Origin: the human T2T-CHM13v2.0 reference genome, Homo sapiens
Assembly (NCBI RefSeq): GCF_009914755.1
Contig: NC_060934.1
Length of the DNA: 64,000 nt
Direction: 5' to 3' (one strand)
Below, piece after piece: positions 24,937 through 38,387 of the stretch. A model generated the notes under the pieces. That model was not told the origin of the DNA and ran no database searches. It saw only the letters and a list, made by a program, of their open reading frames with translations. Both the position numbers and the translations under genes were made by a program. Each line of letters starts with the position of its first letter. Position 1 is the first letter of the stretch.

Positions 24937-25031
24937 ACAGTTTCTAGGTCTTGGAATTCCCTCATCTCTGTCGGCCACAACAAAAATCCTTGATTCATCT
25001 CACACACACAGAGGCAACCCTGGGTGCTCAG
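24937..25031 (+). CDS. WDFY4: WDFY4 coding exon (QFLGLGIPSS...GNPGCS)
   Basis: Acceptor gttcag, donor CAG|gtgagg; 95 nt, phase 2 to 1. Confidence 0.9.
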
Positions 25032-25974
25032 GTGAGGACAGTGGCAAGAACGGGGCAGGTTAATGGGAATTAAAAGATGATAGGCATTCCTGCTGAGGGA
25101 TCCTTTACAACAGGTGGGAAAGCAAACAGGTTTAAACATGGTTTTGTCTGCTGCTCAATGCAGCAACTGAGGAAAAAGCAAAGAAATTCCTGGTCTCTGG
25201 AGAAAGACCATATCCAGATGGAGAAAGATGAAGCCCCACCCAGACATATAAGACAGATGATCCCTTTGGGTTCCAGATCATGGAAGCAGAGACAGAGTTT
25301 CCTTCATGACACAGCAGTACGTGGCGCTGCACTAGACAGAGGTGTGCAGGGAAGGCTTCTGTACAGCTCACAGCTCAAGGGCATGTCAGAGCCTTGGAGG
25401 CCCAAGATGCAGGTGGTACCCCTGTGTCAGGCCTAGTACCTGGGGAATGTTGGCCAGGGAACCAGCTTAGAGAAAAGAAACTCGTGGACATCTTGAATGT
25501 AAGATCACATAAGACCTCAAGGAAACAGGCAGGCCCAGTGGAGAAGCAAGGGTGCGGGATCAGGCTTGGGGCTGACAGCTGCGGTGGGAGCCCAGAGCTT
25601 ACAAGGAGAGGCTGCTGTGAAGGAAAGTGTGGGCTTTGTGAGCAGACACAAAGCTCCAGTGAGTAACTCCAATGGGGCAAGCCAGAGACAGAGGTGGCAG
25701 CAGTAGAATGTGCTATGGTGGAAAAGGGATCTGTGCTGGAATGAAAGAAAAGTTTCTAGAAGGAGCAGGTTAGCAACACCATTCCTTGTTATCAGACTCA
25801 GCAGGGGGCCCGGGCTGGGGGCCAGGGAGCCACCCTCGCTGGTGCTTAGGAAGTACCTGGTGACTGTGCAAAACTCTCTTTCTGGGCTGCGGCAGATACT
25901 TTGGGGTTATTGTCAGAAGCGAGACAGAAATGCTTTGAGCAGAGACACATCTCTTCTCTTGCTTGCTGCCCTAG

Positions 25975-26209
25975 GGTCACAGACTGCACAGGGCTTGGCT
26001 GAGGGGCCCTGGCCAGCTGCCCCAGATGCTGGGCTGCACCCTGGAGTCACACAGGCCCCGCAGCCCTTGGGGGAATCCCAGGATTCAACTACTGCTCTTC
26101 AGACGGCGCTGAGCCTCATCTCCATGACCTCCCCACGCAACCTGCAGCCTCAGAGGGCAGCCCTGGCCCCATCGTTTGTGGAATTTGACATGTCCGTGGA
26201 AGGTTATGG
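25975..26209 (+). CDS. WDFY4: WDFY4 coding exon (SQTAQGLAEG...SFVEFDMSVEGY)
   Basis: Acceptor gccctag, donor GG|gtatga; 235 nt, phase 1 to 2. Confidence 0.92.
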
Positions 26210-26643
26210 GTATGACAGGCTTTCACATATTTAAAATGCACTTTATTAATTTTGCAGTGCCTCTGATGAATTATAATATTGATTGCAAACTTGTAGTTCC
26301 CATTGAATCTCACCACTCAGCAGAGGAAAATGTCTGGGTCATGGACACCCGCCTACTCAGCGGCCTCCCAGGGGCTGTGTCCCCAGCTATGGAGGGCCAA
26401 GACCCTCTTTTCCCTGGTGTGGCTGCATTCTGGAACACCCTCCCATCCTGCCTGCAGTGCAATTCCTTCCCTTAGGCATCCTACCAGCACCAGCTGCAGT
26501 CCATCCTTGGGACCTTATGGTCTAAGGAGGGTTACAGTGCCGGCAGGAGGGTAGAGTGGGAAGATGTCATGGCCCAGACTAGCTGTGTCAGTGCAAGAGA
26601 TTGGCTTGCAGTCCAATGATCTGAGACAATTTTCTATTTCCAG

Positions 26644-26720
26644 CTGTTTGTTTATTCCAACCCTGTCCACAGTTATGGGAACCAGCACTGAGTACTCTGT
26701 CTCTGGAGGAATTGGGACAG
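26644..26720 (+). CDS. WDFY4: WDFY4 coding exon (CLFIPTLSTVMGTSTEYSVSGGIGT)
   Basis: Acceptor ttttctatttccag, donor CAG|gtaggt; 77 nt, phase 2 to 1. Confidence 0.92.
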
Positions 26721-26829
26721 GTAGGTGTTTTTCCCAGATGGTTTAGCTCTCCATCCCTTCCAAAGTATGAGTCTTCAGATAGCCTTGATTGCAGATTTTT
26801 ACTTGGTGTTTCAATAAAGTGTGAGCTGT

Positions 26830-26988
26830 GCTGGGCATGGTGGCTCACACCTGTAATACTGCAATTTGGGAGGCCAAGACAGGAGGATTGTTTGAGGCCA
26901 GGAGTTCCAGGCTGCAGTGAACTATGATTGAACCACTGCACTCCAACCTGGGCTACAGTGTAAGACCCAGTTTCAAAAAAAGAAAAGC
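26830..26988 (+). mobile_element. Alu monomer (FAM/FRAM-like)
   Basis: Single-arm Alu sequence with A tail. Confidence 0.8.
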
Positions 26989-27835
26989 AAACATGAGTCT
27001 TGCCTTGGTCCTGAGTATCTGCAGATGAGTTGTTCTTCAACTTTGCTCCTCTTTTAGAGCAAGATGTTCTGTTCATTGTGCATCCCAAGGGTCCAGCCTA
27101 TAGCTAGGGACTCAATTGACATTGAAAAATTGGCTCATTTCGCTGGTGACTGATGTAGGCTGAGATGGACACATTACCTGCCTTAGATCTCTCTCTAGAG
27201 AGAAATATGAGTTGGGCTGATGGCCGTTGAGAATAGACCAATCTTTGGCAAGTGGCTTCTATGCACAGCACTGCACTTAGCTGAAAACACGCTGGGTGGG
27301 ACAGTGCAAGTGCCTGATGCTGCCTGAGCCACACGCTCTGTTAGGAGAATTGGGTTTGGGGTTTCTATGGGATCATGGGTGCTGGGGAGCCATTGCCTTC
27401 ATGACGTTTTTCCATGTGAGTTGGCACCAAGTCTGAGGACACAGCAGCTGATCCTGCCTGTTCTGTGAGGACAATGGACCTGTCTATATCGCCAACCCTG
27501 TTATGTGATGGGAGGGCACATGGCATTCCTAGATTGGTGCCCTTTCCTATCCAAGGTTCAGCTGAGCTAGGCCAAGGTCCTCTGCCCCACAGAGCACACT
27601 GCCTGGCTATAGATCAGCTGACCAGGAGCCCACGTGTGACGGACCTCAGGGAGATCGAGATCTTCTCTGCTCCCTTGGCAAGGCAGCATGCCATAATGGG
27701 GAGGAGACAACTGGTGATTAGGCAAGACACCCAGTAGGTGCTGCACCTGGGCTAAATCAGCACCATAGTGAATCTGAACATGCATGCTCAGCAGGGCAGA
27801 ACAAAGCCTGAGGGCATGCCTGTGTTCCCACCCAG

Positions 27836-28057
27836 GTGCCACCAGACCGTTCCCTCCTCCTGGAGGTCTGACCTTCTCCTGCTGGTTCCTGATCAGCCGG
27901 CATGGAGCTGCCACTGAGGGCCACCCGCTGCGCTTCCTGACGTTGGTGCGCCACCTGGCCAGGACTGAGCAACCCTTTGTTTGCTTCTCCGTCAGCCTCT
28001 GCCCAGACGACCTCTCCTTGGTTGTTTCTACAGAAGAGAAGGAGTTTCAGCCTCTGG
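27836..28057 (+). CDS. WDFY4: WDFY4 coding exon, start of ConA/LamG-like domain (ATRPFPPPGGLTFSCWF...EFQPL)
   Basis: Acceptor ttcccacccag, donor G|gtaagg; 222 nt, phase 1 to 1. Confidence 0.93.
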
Positions 28058-28819
28058 GTAAGGTGCTGGGATCCAAAGCCAGTTTCATCCACATGTGGGG
28101 GAAATGGGGCTAAGTCAGAAGCTCTCAACACAGGTGTGGTTAGAAACCTGGTGACCTTCTGTTTCTCCTCATCCTTTGAAATTGCTCCCTTGGGTTCCAC
28201 ACCTGGTGAAAGGTCTACAATATTTGTTGTGGTTCACTGTGGCCTGGGCTCTAGGCTTGTAAGTGTCAGGCAGATGAGGCCCCAGCCCTTGGCACAGCTT
28301 CAGAGATGATGCTCAGTGGCTTTTCAGAAACTTCGCCCTGGCAGAACAGTCACAATGGGACCCAGGGCTTTGCCTTGCTGGGACACAGGCTGCATCCTCT
28401 CCTGAGTGAGGTTTGTGAAGAACACACACAATTTAGCTGGAGCCGAAGCAGCTACAGACATATAGGCGCTCCCACATATGCTTAACCCCAAACCCAGAAG
28501 GCTGGCCCATGCTTGGCATGGCGCCCAGGGCCACCCCTCCTTTGGCAGTGCTAGAGGCCAGCCCTGGCTCTGCCCTTTGGAGCCCAGCGTTGTTCTCCAG
28601 GCTCATTTGCCTGAGATGGTCAAGTCCAGTGGATTCTGTCCACTTGTTCTTCTCCTGTGTCCTGAGAGTGTCACTGTTTCATAGGGAAAAACATTGGGAG
28701 GCCCTATGAAACAGTGGAAGCGGCTGACACCCTTGTACACAGCACAACTGCCTATCCAACTCTCTGGGACTCGGCCTACAATGGAGTCTCTGTGGAGGTA
28801 GTCTACCTTGGGATAGACC

Positions 28820-29000
28820 TGAAGCCTGGCTTCTGGGTTTGAATCCTGGCTGTATGACCTTGGGCAAGTCACCCAACCTCTCTGTGCCTCAGGATGGTAA
28901 ATTGGGCATGTATGAGCGCCTACCTCACAGGGCTGTGAACATGACATGAGTTGATATTTGTAACATGCTTAAAACTGGCACAAAGGAAGAGCTCAAAGAA
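28820..29000 (+). mobile_element. MIR
   Basis: ctgggtttgaatcctggctgtatgaccttgggcaagtcacccaacctctctgtgcctcag. Confidence 0.8.
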
Positions 29001-29165
29001 TGACTGCTGCTATTGCTGCTGCTGTTGTCATTTTTCATGAGAGGAGGATCTAGGGCTCCATGGTACAAGGCCCAGTGGTTGACGTCCGCCTATGCCCTCC
29101 CCATTCTCCTGGGTTCCTGCAGTGTAGCACCACACGTGAGACTCAGTGTTCATGCTGTCTTCCAG

Positions 29166-29344
29166 ATGTCATGGAACCTGAGGATGACTCCGAGCCTTCT
29201 GCAGGATGCCAGCTTCAGGTCAGGTGTGGCCAGCTCCTGGCTTGTGGTCAGTGGCATCACTTGGCTGTGGTTGTCACTAAGGAAATGAAAAGGCATTGTA
29301 CAGTTTCCACCTGTCTGGATGGACAGGTCATTGGCTCTGCCAAG
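29166..29344 (+). CDS. WDFY4: WDFY4 coding exon (VMEPEDD...GQWHHLAVVVTK...GQVIGSAK)
   Basis: Acceptor tctttccag, donor AAG|gtgaga; 179 nt, phase 1 to 0; LamG-like WHHLAVV motif. Confidence 0.93.
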
Positions 29345-30019
29345 GTGAGATGGCTCCTCCAAGCTGCACTTGCCCCACAACCATACCTCCTGCTACTACC
29401 CTGAAGTGGCCTCGGTTTCATTCTATGTTTTTGTTGTTGTTTGTTTGTTTGTTTATTACTGGTAGGGTTGGCATCTAATGAAATCTGCCTTACTGTTCAG
29501 GAAACTTGGCTGAGTTCAGACATGAAAAGGACATCTTTAGAAAATGCATTGAAGGTCACGCTACCAGGGCAGAAGGCAAGACATGCATCCAGGTCTCTAA
29601 GAATAGTCATGTTCATGAAAATAGAAAACTCCAGAATGAACAAAGCAAAGCTTCTCATTTTGAGGGGCAAACTCCTCAGGGAGGTCTGGGCAGGGCCTAA
29701 GGTATGACTTTTCCAAGAAGCTCCCAGGTGAGGCCAACGCAGCTCATCTTTGCACCACACGGAGGAGCAGGACACTAGAGTGGGCAGACACCAACACGTG
29801 TCGTCAGATTTAGAGCAAGAACCATGAGGAAGGTAATAGAATGCAAATGTATAGCTGGAGGAAGCATCTCATGGCTGTCATTTAGAGACACCCCAGGTAT
29901 AAGAGAAAGCTGGGAAAAGGTGGAGCTGGCAGGCGCCAGCAGCCATTGTCAGAGAAGAGAGGGCCCGGAGGACCATAGAAGGCAGGTAGGGCTGGATTTT
30001 CACACAAGTTCCAGGGAGA

Positions 30020-30195
30020 GCATCCCAAGCTGGCTGCATTTTAAAATCACCTGCAAAGGCTTTTTAAAGTTCTCTTGCACAGGCTGCACCCAGAATAATT
30101 ACATCAGAATCTCTCTGGGTCAGGTAATTTGACAACTTACTAATGTTTGTAAAATTTTCTAGGTGATTCTAATATGCAGCCAGAATGGAGAACCT
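30020..30195 (+). mobile_element. MER5-like DNA transposon relic
   Basis: ggctgcattttaaaatcacctg...catcagaatctct...aggtgattctaatatgcagccag. Confidence 0.65.
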
Positions 30196-30229
30196 TACAT
30201 ACACAGGGTTTCTGGATTCCCCCTAAATG

Positions 30230-30337
30230 CCATAGTGTTCCTCCCCTGACCTTGCCCAGTTGTGACCACCAGTAACATCTCCAGACATTTCCAAATATAC
30301 CCTGGGGGTCAAAGTTGTTCCAGGTTAAGAGTCATCA
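30230..30337 (+). mobile_element. MER20 fragment
   Basis: cccagttgtgaccacc...tctccagacatttccaaatataccctggggg. Confidence 0.65.
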
Positions 30338-30442
30338 GATGAGAACAAATTCTTAGTCCCAAATTCTGTGGGACACATATAGGTGAATTTGATACCATCT
30401 GCTGGTAAAGTTCTGTTATCAAAAAAAGGCAGTGATGACCAA

Positions 30443-30531
30443 ATATATATATATATGTGTGTGTGTGTGTATATATATATGTGTGTGTGTGTATATATAT
30501 ATATGTGTGTGTGTGTGTATATATATATATG
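30443..30531 (+). repeat. Compound (TA)n(TG)n microsatellite at Alu tail
   Basis: Three TA/TG blocks plus a final TA block. Confidence 0.9.
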
Positions 30532-30820
30532 TTTTTTTGAGATAGGATTTCGCTCTTGTCGCCCAGGCTGGAGTGCAATGGTGCGATCTCAGCTCTCCAC
30601 AACCACTGCCTCCAGGATTCAAGCGATTCTCCTTTCTCAACCTCCTGACTAGGTGGGATTACAAGCGCCCACCACCATGCCCACTAATTTTTGTATTTTT
30701 AGTAGAGACGGGGTTTCACCAGGCTGGCCAGGCTGGTCTGAAACTCCTGACCTCAGGCGATCCACCTGCCTTGCCCTCCCAAAGTGCTGGGATAACAGGT
30801 GTGAGCCACTGCGCCTGGCT
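30532..30820 (-). mobile_element. AluS (Sq/Sp-like)
   Basis: Antisense dimer, tttcgctcttgtcgcccagg. Confidence 0.9.
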
Positions 30821-32351
30821 GACCAGAAAGATTTTGACAGGGGCATTGAAAGAACAGGTCCTTCAAAACATAGTTAACCTTTTCTGCAATTATTAACAAT
30901 ATCAGTCCTCCCTCCTTCCCTTTCTCTCTTTCTTCTTTTCCTCATTAAATATTTATTGAGCACCTGTTATGGGTTAGCTAATATTTTAGGTGCTAAGAAT
31001 TGTTTATGCCTATAAGCTAAAGACCTCCAGGAACATACATATAGTATAAGGTGCTAAGAATTGTTTTAGGTTCTAAGAATTATTTATGCTTATAAGCCAA
31101 AGACCTCCAGGAACATACATATAGTATAAAATAAAAATTAGATTTAAACTGACTATAGCAAGAGATTTCCTATCCCATGGGGTAGTAAGGAGTTAGGAGT
31201 GGCTTGTTACAGAAACTAGATTCATTTTAGGTGATTTTTAAAAGGGTTTAAAGAAGTGGAGGTCTGTCTGTTCTGAATTGGGTGCTGCTGGAAAGAGGTG
31301 CAATTTGGTGACTGTGAATGTTAATAACTTTTATCCAGAAGGTAGAGACACGGAACAGGGCTGGACTTATCATTAGAGAGGAAGCAGAAGTCCCTCACAT
31401 TAGTTGGGATGGGATGTGTGGTGTCTTTTGTGGTTGCAATATCTTTGTTTTTATCTGTTTAGGCTCAATTACTGAGTTCACTTGTTCTTGTCTTCTTTCA
31501 CAGAATATGTTGATATTTTGTGAAATACTTCAAATACCTTGAGGCATGTCTTATTGATGTTTGTACCTTCCTTGAACTTGGCGCAGGGGCTGACACACAG
31601 TAAGCATGGAATAAACACTTGATGAACTGAATTGAATGTGCAGCCACAGGAGGAACATGACTGGCTGGTAGTGTGGTTGGGTGAAGTGGTACAGGCATTA
31701 ACATCCTCCCTGCGGGACCTGCTAAGCCTAGGGCCATCAACAGGGAGGTCAGGAGTGGTGTGTTGCTATATGGAGTGGCCAAAGCCAAGACTGACAGAGT
31801 GCGCTTTCCAAAATAATCTCAACAAGTTGGGTCAGGACCAGCAAGTGAAACTCAACCAAGATAAACATAAAGGCCTGTGTTTTGATGCAAACATCTGTTG
31901 GACAAGAGTAAGATGTGAGAACTTCAGCTTAATTTGACTAGTTTAACAGCCCTTCTCAAAATGCTGAGCCTTTGTTTTTATTGCCAAAGGAAACTTACAT
32001 AAATTTGTAAAGATATGGAGCATTTTAATAGTTTGAATTGGGCAAAATGATTTGGGAACGATATGAGACATTAGACATTTATTAGGCAACCTGAATGGGG
32101 CAGTGTGCATACACTGGGAATTTGGAAGACAGGAGCAAGGTGGGTTGGAGGGGTGAGTGGTGCTTCAGTGTGGGAGAGAGAGGAGGACTCTGTGCCTGCG
32201 AGAACAGAGAGATAAGAGAGCACAGAAAATCATACTCCTGGCAAGCCTTGATGGCTGAACAATTGGTTTGTTTTTATTTGAAAATCTCACTTAATTGGTA
32301 GAGTGAAAAAGAATATTTCTGAAATTCTGTAAACTCTCATTTAGAAAAATA

Positions 32352-32677
32352 CAGTCATCCCTCAGTTTCCTCAGGGGATTGGCTCCAGGACCCTTCCTGG
32401 ATACCAAACTGCATGGATACTCAAGTCCCTTAAATAAAATGGTGTAGTATTTGCAAATAATAGATGCATACCCTCCTGCATGCTTAACTAAGCTCTAGAT
32501 GATTTATAATACCTAATACAATGTGAATGCTACATAAATAGTTGTCATACTGTATTTTTTTATTTGTATTTTTTATTGTTATAGCACTATTTTTTATTGT
32601 TCTTTTTCCTGAATATTTTTGAGCCAAAGTTGATTGAATCCAAGGATATGGAACCCCCAGATATGCAGGGCCAATTG
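32352..32677 (+). mobile_element. MER2 (TcMar-Tigger) with TA target sites
   Basis: ta|cagtcatccctcag...ggattggctccaggacc...gaacccccagatatgcagggccaattg|ta. Confidence 0.85.
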
Positions 32678-32969
32678 TACATATTTATATATGTACAATT
32701 GTATATATCTTATGTATATATCTTATGTATAAAATCAAAGATGTATATATCAAATGTATATATCTTATATATAGTGATTTTATAGTAATTATAAGAATAA
32801 TATAAATGCATTTTGAAATAGCTCAAAAATAGAGAAAAGATTAGCTACCCTCCTACTACTTTATCATATTTTGTAATTTCAGTTTTATCCCTTTAAAAAA
32901 TAGTGTGGCCTCGAAGTATAGAAAATCTTGTATACTGCTTAGTTCATTTAACCTCTCATTTAACCTAAC

Positions 32970-33195
32970 ACTTAGGCTATATGGTATAGCTTATTGCTCC
33001 TAGGCTATAAACCTAGACAGCATGTTGCTATACTGAATACTGTAGGCAACTGTAACACAGTGGTGAATATTTGTGTATCTAAACACTCTAAACATGGAAA
33101 AAGTACAGTAAAAATATGATATTATTATCTGATGGACCACCATTGCATATGTGCTCTGACACTGACTTGGAACATTGTAATGTGGCACACAGCAA
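32970..33195 (-). mobile_element. Tigger3/MER7 fragment
   Basis: taggctatatggtatagcttattgctcctaggcta...tgaatactgtaggcaactgtaacac. Confidence 0.8.
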
Positions 33196-33754
33196 TATAT
33201 GGAAGTATACTTGGAAATTCATCCAAACTTTTGCCTGTAGCCACAGTTCATTCTTTTTTATTTCTGAGTAGTATTTCAAGGTATGGATGTGCCATAGTTT
33301 GTTTAGTCATTTATCCATTGAAAGACATCTGGGATGTTTCAGGTTTTGGCTATTACAAATAAAGCTTTGTGAGCATTTGTGTACAGGTTTTTGTGTGAAT
33401 TTAAGTCTTCATCTATCTGGGATGAATTCCAAGAGTTCAATTGCTGGTTTCTATGGTAATTGAATGTTTAGTTTTATAAGAAACTGCCAAACTATTTCGA
33501 AAATGATTGTATCATTTGACATTTCCGCTAACAATGGATGAGTGAGGCAGTTTTTCTGCACTTAGCATTGTCACTATTTTTATATTAGCCATTTTGATAG
33601 TTGTGTAGTAATATCTCACTGTGTTTTTAATTTGTATTTCCTTAGTGGCTAATGAGGTTGAACATCACCTTTTCATGTGCTTATTTGCCATCTGTATATT
33701 CTCCTCAGTGATGTCCATCCATATTTTTTGCCCATTTTCTAATTGCATTGTTTG

Positions 33755-33755
<1 letters not shown>

Positions 33756-33786
<31 letters not shown>

Positions 33787-34062
33787 AGATGGAGTCTCAC
33801 TCTGTTGGCAGGCTGGAGTGAAGTGGTGCAATCTCGGCTCACTGAAACCTCTGCCTCCTGGGTTCAAGTGATTCTTCTGCTTCAGAATCCAGAGTTGCTG
33901 GGACTACAGGTGCCCACCACCATGCCTAGCTAATTTTTGTATTTTTAGTAGAGATGGGTTTTCACTATGTTGGCCAGGATGGTCTCAATCTCCTGACCTC
34001 GTGATCTGCCCACCTCAGCCTCCCAAAGTGCTGGGATTACAGGCATGAGCCACCACACCCAG
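33756..34062 (-). mobile_element. AluSc-like
   Basis: 30-nt poly-T, caggatggtctc, gacctcgtgat; TSD ttgcattgtttgc / ttgcatcgtttac. Confidence 0.9.
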
Positions 34063-34075
34063 TTGCATCGTTTAC

Positions 34076-34384
<309 letters not shown>

Positions 34385-35863
34385 TTAAACTGTTGAGTTT
34401 TAAGGGTTTTAGGGTTTTAAAATGTATACATATATGTGTATGTGTGTCTATATATATACATATATATTCTAGACACTAGTCCTTTGTTAGATATGTGATT
34501 TGCGATAATTCCTCCTAGTCTGTAGCATGTCTTTTAATCCTCTTTCACATGGGTAAAATTTCTGGTTTTGCTGAAATATAATTCATTAGTTTTTCCTTAT
34601 ATGACTCATGCTTTTGGTGTCGTTTGAGAATATTTTGCCTAGTCCTAGATCCTGAAGATATTCTCCTATTTTTTTCCCTAAAAATTTTCTAGTTTTACGT
34701 TTTACACTAGAGTTTGCAATCAATTATGAATTAATTTTTGTATAAGGTGTAAGGTTTAAGTTCATTTCTTTGCCTGTGGATGTTCAATTGCTCCAGCACC
34801 ATTTGTTGAAGAGTCTATCATTTCTCAATTGAATTGCTTTTGCATCTTTGTCAAAAATCAGGTGAGCATTCTTATATAAGCTTATTTCTGGGTTCTCTAT
34901 TCTGTTCCATCGATCTATGTGGTTATCTTTATACCAATGTCACACTATATTGATTTTATAGCTATATAATAAGTCATTATTAGAGTAGTTCCTCCCCCAA
35001 ATTAATTCTTCTTTTTCAGAGTTGTTTAAACTATTCTAGGACCTGTGCCTTCCCATATACATTTTAGAATTAGCTTGTTTGTGTCTACAAAAGACCTTGC
35101 TGGAATTCTGATAGTCTACAAAAAACCTTTCTGGAATTGCATTATACTTACTGATCAACTCGAGGGGAAATAATATCTTTACTATAGTGAACCTTTCTAT
35201 CCATGAACCTGGTATGTCTCTCCATTTATATAGGTCGTCTTGGACTTTTTCCATCATCACTTAGGAATTTTCAGTATACAGATCCTCTACTTGTCTTACT
35301 AAGTATTTCATTTTCTTGTGCATAATTGTAAGTGGTATTGTGTTTAATTTTAGTTTCTGTTTGTTTATTGTTAGCCTACACAAATAAAATTGATTTTTGT
35401 GTATTGATCATGTATCCTGTGACCTTGCTGAATTCACTTATTCTAGGATATTAAAAAAAATTCCTTGGAACTTTCTACATGGACATGATAGAAACAGTTT
35501 TATTTCTTCCTTTCCACTCTGTATGTATGTAATTATTGTTCATACATAAAACTATTAATTTGCCAATACTAGACATTCAGGTTCTTAGTAGAATGACTGA
35601 GATAAGAAAGGTGTACACTTTTTTGTTTCTTAATATTTTTTATCAAATTTATTTTCAAAAGGACAGTATCAGTTTTTTACTCCACATTTAATAACTTGTT
35701 TTGCGCATACTTCTGAGATTTGAGAATTATATTTTAGTTTTTTAGATAAAATACATTTTTACTATGAGATGAGAATAAGATGCATCATGTTATATCACTT
35801 TGTATTTACTTGATTAACTCTGAGATCAAACACTACTCACTCTTGTCCTTTTTATTTTAACAG

Positions 35864-36095
35864 ATGTTATACATCCAGGCTCTACCAGGGCCTTTCCTTT
35901 CTATGGATCCATCCGCATTTGTGGATGTTTATGGATATATTGCTACTCCTCGAGTCTGGAAACAAAAGTCTTCATTAATCTGGCGTCTTGGCCCCACATA
36001 CCTCTTTGAAGAAGCCATTTCAATGGAAACTCTGGAAGTTATTAACAAACTTGGCCCAAGATATTGTGGTAACTTCCAAGCTGTGCATGTCCAAG
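35864..36095 (+). CDS. WDFY4: WDFY4 coding exon (MLYIQALPG...GNFQAVHVQ)
   Basis: Acceptor ttattttaacag, donor AAG|gtatgg; 232 nt, phase 0 to 1. Confidence 0.93.
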
Positions 36096-36921
36096 GTATG
36101 GAGTGTTTTGATTTACAATGTTCTTGCTGATATTAGTTTTTAAATGGACATCCAGTTATTTGTAGCAGATTTGCAGAGAATAAGCTCAGCGTTAAAGTCA
36201 GTCATTAGGGAAGACCTCTGTAATTGTATCATTATATATTTACAACCCAAGAGAAAATGTCACAGAAAAGGAAATGACAATATCTTTAGATTTCAACTCC
36301 AAAGCCCTAATGGGGAAGAGGTGGGTTGGGCAATACCATCAGCAAAGAAAGAGAGAAGAGAATGAGATAAATAAGTTACATTGCTTTTAATGAAGAAGCT
36401 TTTTAACTAAAGTATACTGTTGACTTCAATTATTAAACAGGCAGACAAAACATCCACATTTTCATTATTGATTGTTGTTATTCAAGCAGGGAGCATTGTT
36501 CTCTGTGCTCTGTCAAGTCAAAGGGGTCAGCTCCCATCTGGAAAGAATGATAAATGAATCTATGTCAGCAGCCTGTATGTGCTGAAGGGCGATTGAGTGC
36601 TCTTGAGCATTTCTGTCTCCAGGCCCATGATGTCTTTGAATTTCATTTCCTGTGGCAAATGGCACTGGCCAGAGCAATGGGACGAGGTCAGGTCTAGAGC
36701 CAAAGTCTTACCAATTCTATATTCATGGCACCTTTCTCTACTAGCACATTGGGTATCATTGACTTAGAGACCAGTATGTTAATTCAAACTGGGGTGTTTG
36801 CCGTGGCTGTGCAGCTCATTGAAAATTAGACATTTCAGATCAGCCTATTTCAAGTCAGGTTTCTTGTCACTTAAGAGTTTGGTTTTAGGGAATGAGGTTA
36901 TATACTTTACAGATGTTTTAA

Positions 36922-37543
<622 letters not shown>

Positions 37544-37744
37544 CACGGTTTTCTATAACTATCAGAGAAGAGGGGAAAACAAATGACATGCAAACATACA
37601 ATGTGCAAAAACATGCAATGTGACAACATACAAACATCCTCTCAATGATTACTTTGCTGTGTGACAGAGATATTAAATTGTATGAGGATTAATTTCCTGC
37701 TCTGTAAAGTTAGACTAGAAATGTTTAAAGATGTGTTGTTACAG

Positions 37745-37890
37745 GGGAGGACCTGGACAGTGAAGCCACGCCCTTTGTTGCAGAAGAAAGAGTTTCTTTT
37801 GGACTTCACATAGCCAGCTCCTCTATCACCAGTGTAGCGGACATCAGAAATGCTTACAATGAGGTGGACAGCCGCCTGATCGCCAAAGAG
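37745..37890 (+). CDS. WDFY4: WDFY4 coding exon (EDLDSEATPF...SRLIAKE)
   Basis: Acceptor ttgttacag, donor GAG|gtacat; 146 nt, phase 1 to 0. Confidence 0.92.
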
Positions 37891-38239
37891 GTACATCTTC
37901 TAACTTCGCTGCTAATCTCTGTTGGAATCTGGTTTCATGGTTTGCATTAGCTTTCAGTGCTTAAGTAAACACTATTTCATGTTTGCACTTGTGTAGATGG
38001 ATACACAAATACATGTTTCCCACTTCATTTGTTAAAATATCCTATGCCTCCCCACCCACTGGTGTCCTCCCAGACTAAGCCTTTCATTTATAATTATTCA
38101 GAGAAGAAAAATCATAAATAAAAGAACAAGAACAAATGACATATTTTAAATACCTTTGCAACATTGAAAACACTATTGAGCTTCCCTAGTCCTGGGTATT
38201 AATGACCCACTAACACTGAGATATTCTTTGAGTTGTTGT

Positions 38240-38387
38240 GATTTTTTTAATTTTAATTTTTTATTTTTTTACAGATGGGATCTCTCTATGTTGCCCAGGC
38301 TGGTCTTGAACTCCTGGGCTCAAGTGATCCTCCTGCTTCAGCCTCCTGAGTAGTTGGGATTACAGGTGTGATTCACAGCAGCACCCA
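38240..38387 (-). mobile_element. Alu left monomer (FLAM_C-like)
   Basis: atgttgcccaggctggtcttgaactcctgggctcaagtgatcctcc. Confidence 0.8.

Noticed and set aside
29281-29290. Perfect ETS-IRF composite motif GGAAATGAAA
   Set aside because: Lies in coding sequence (K-E-M-K) and is explained by the codons; a single instance is not evidence.
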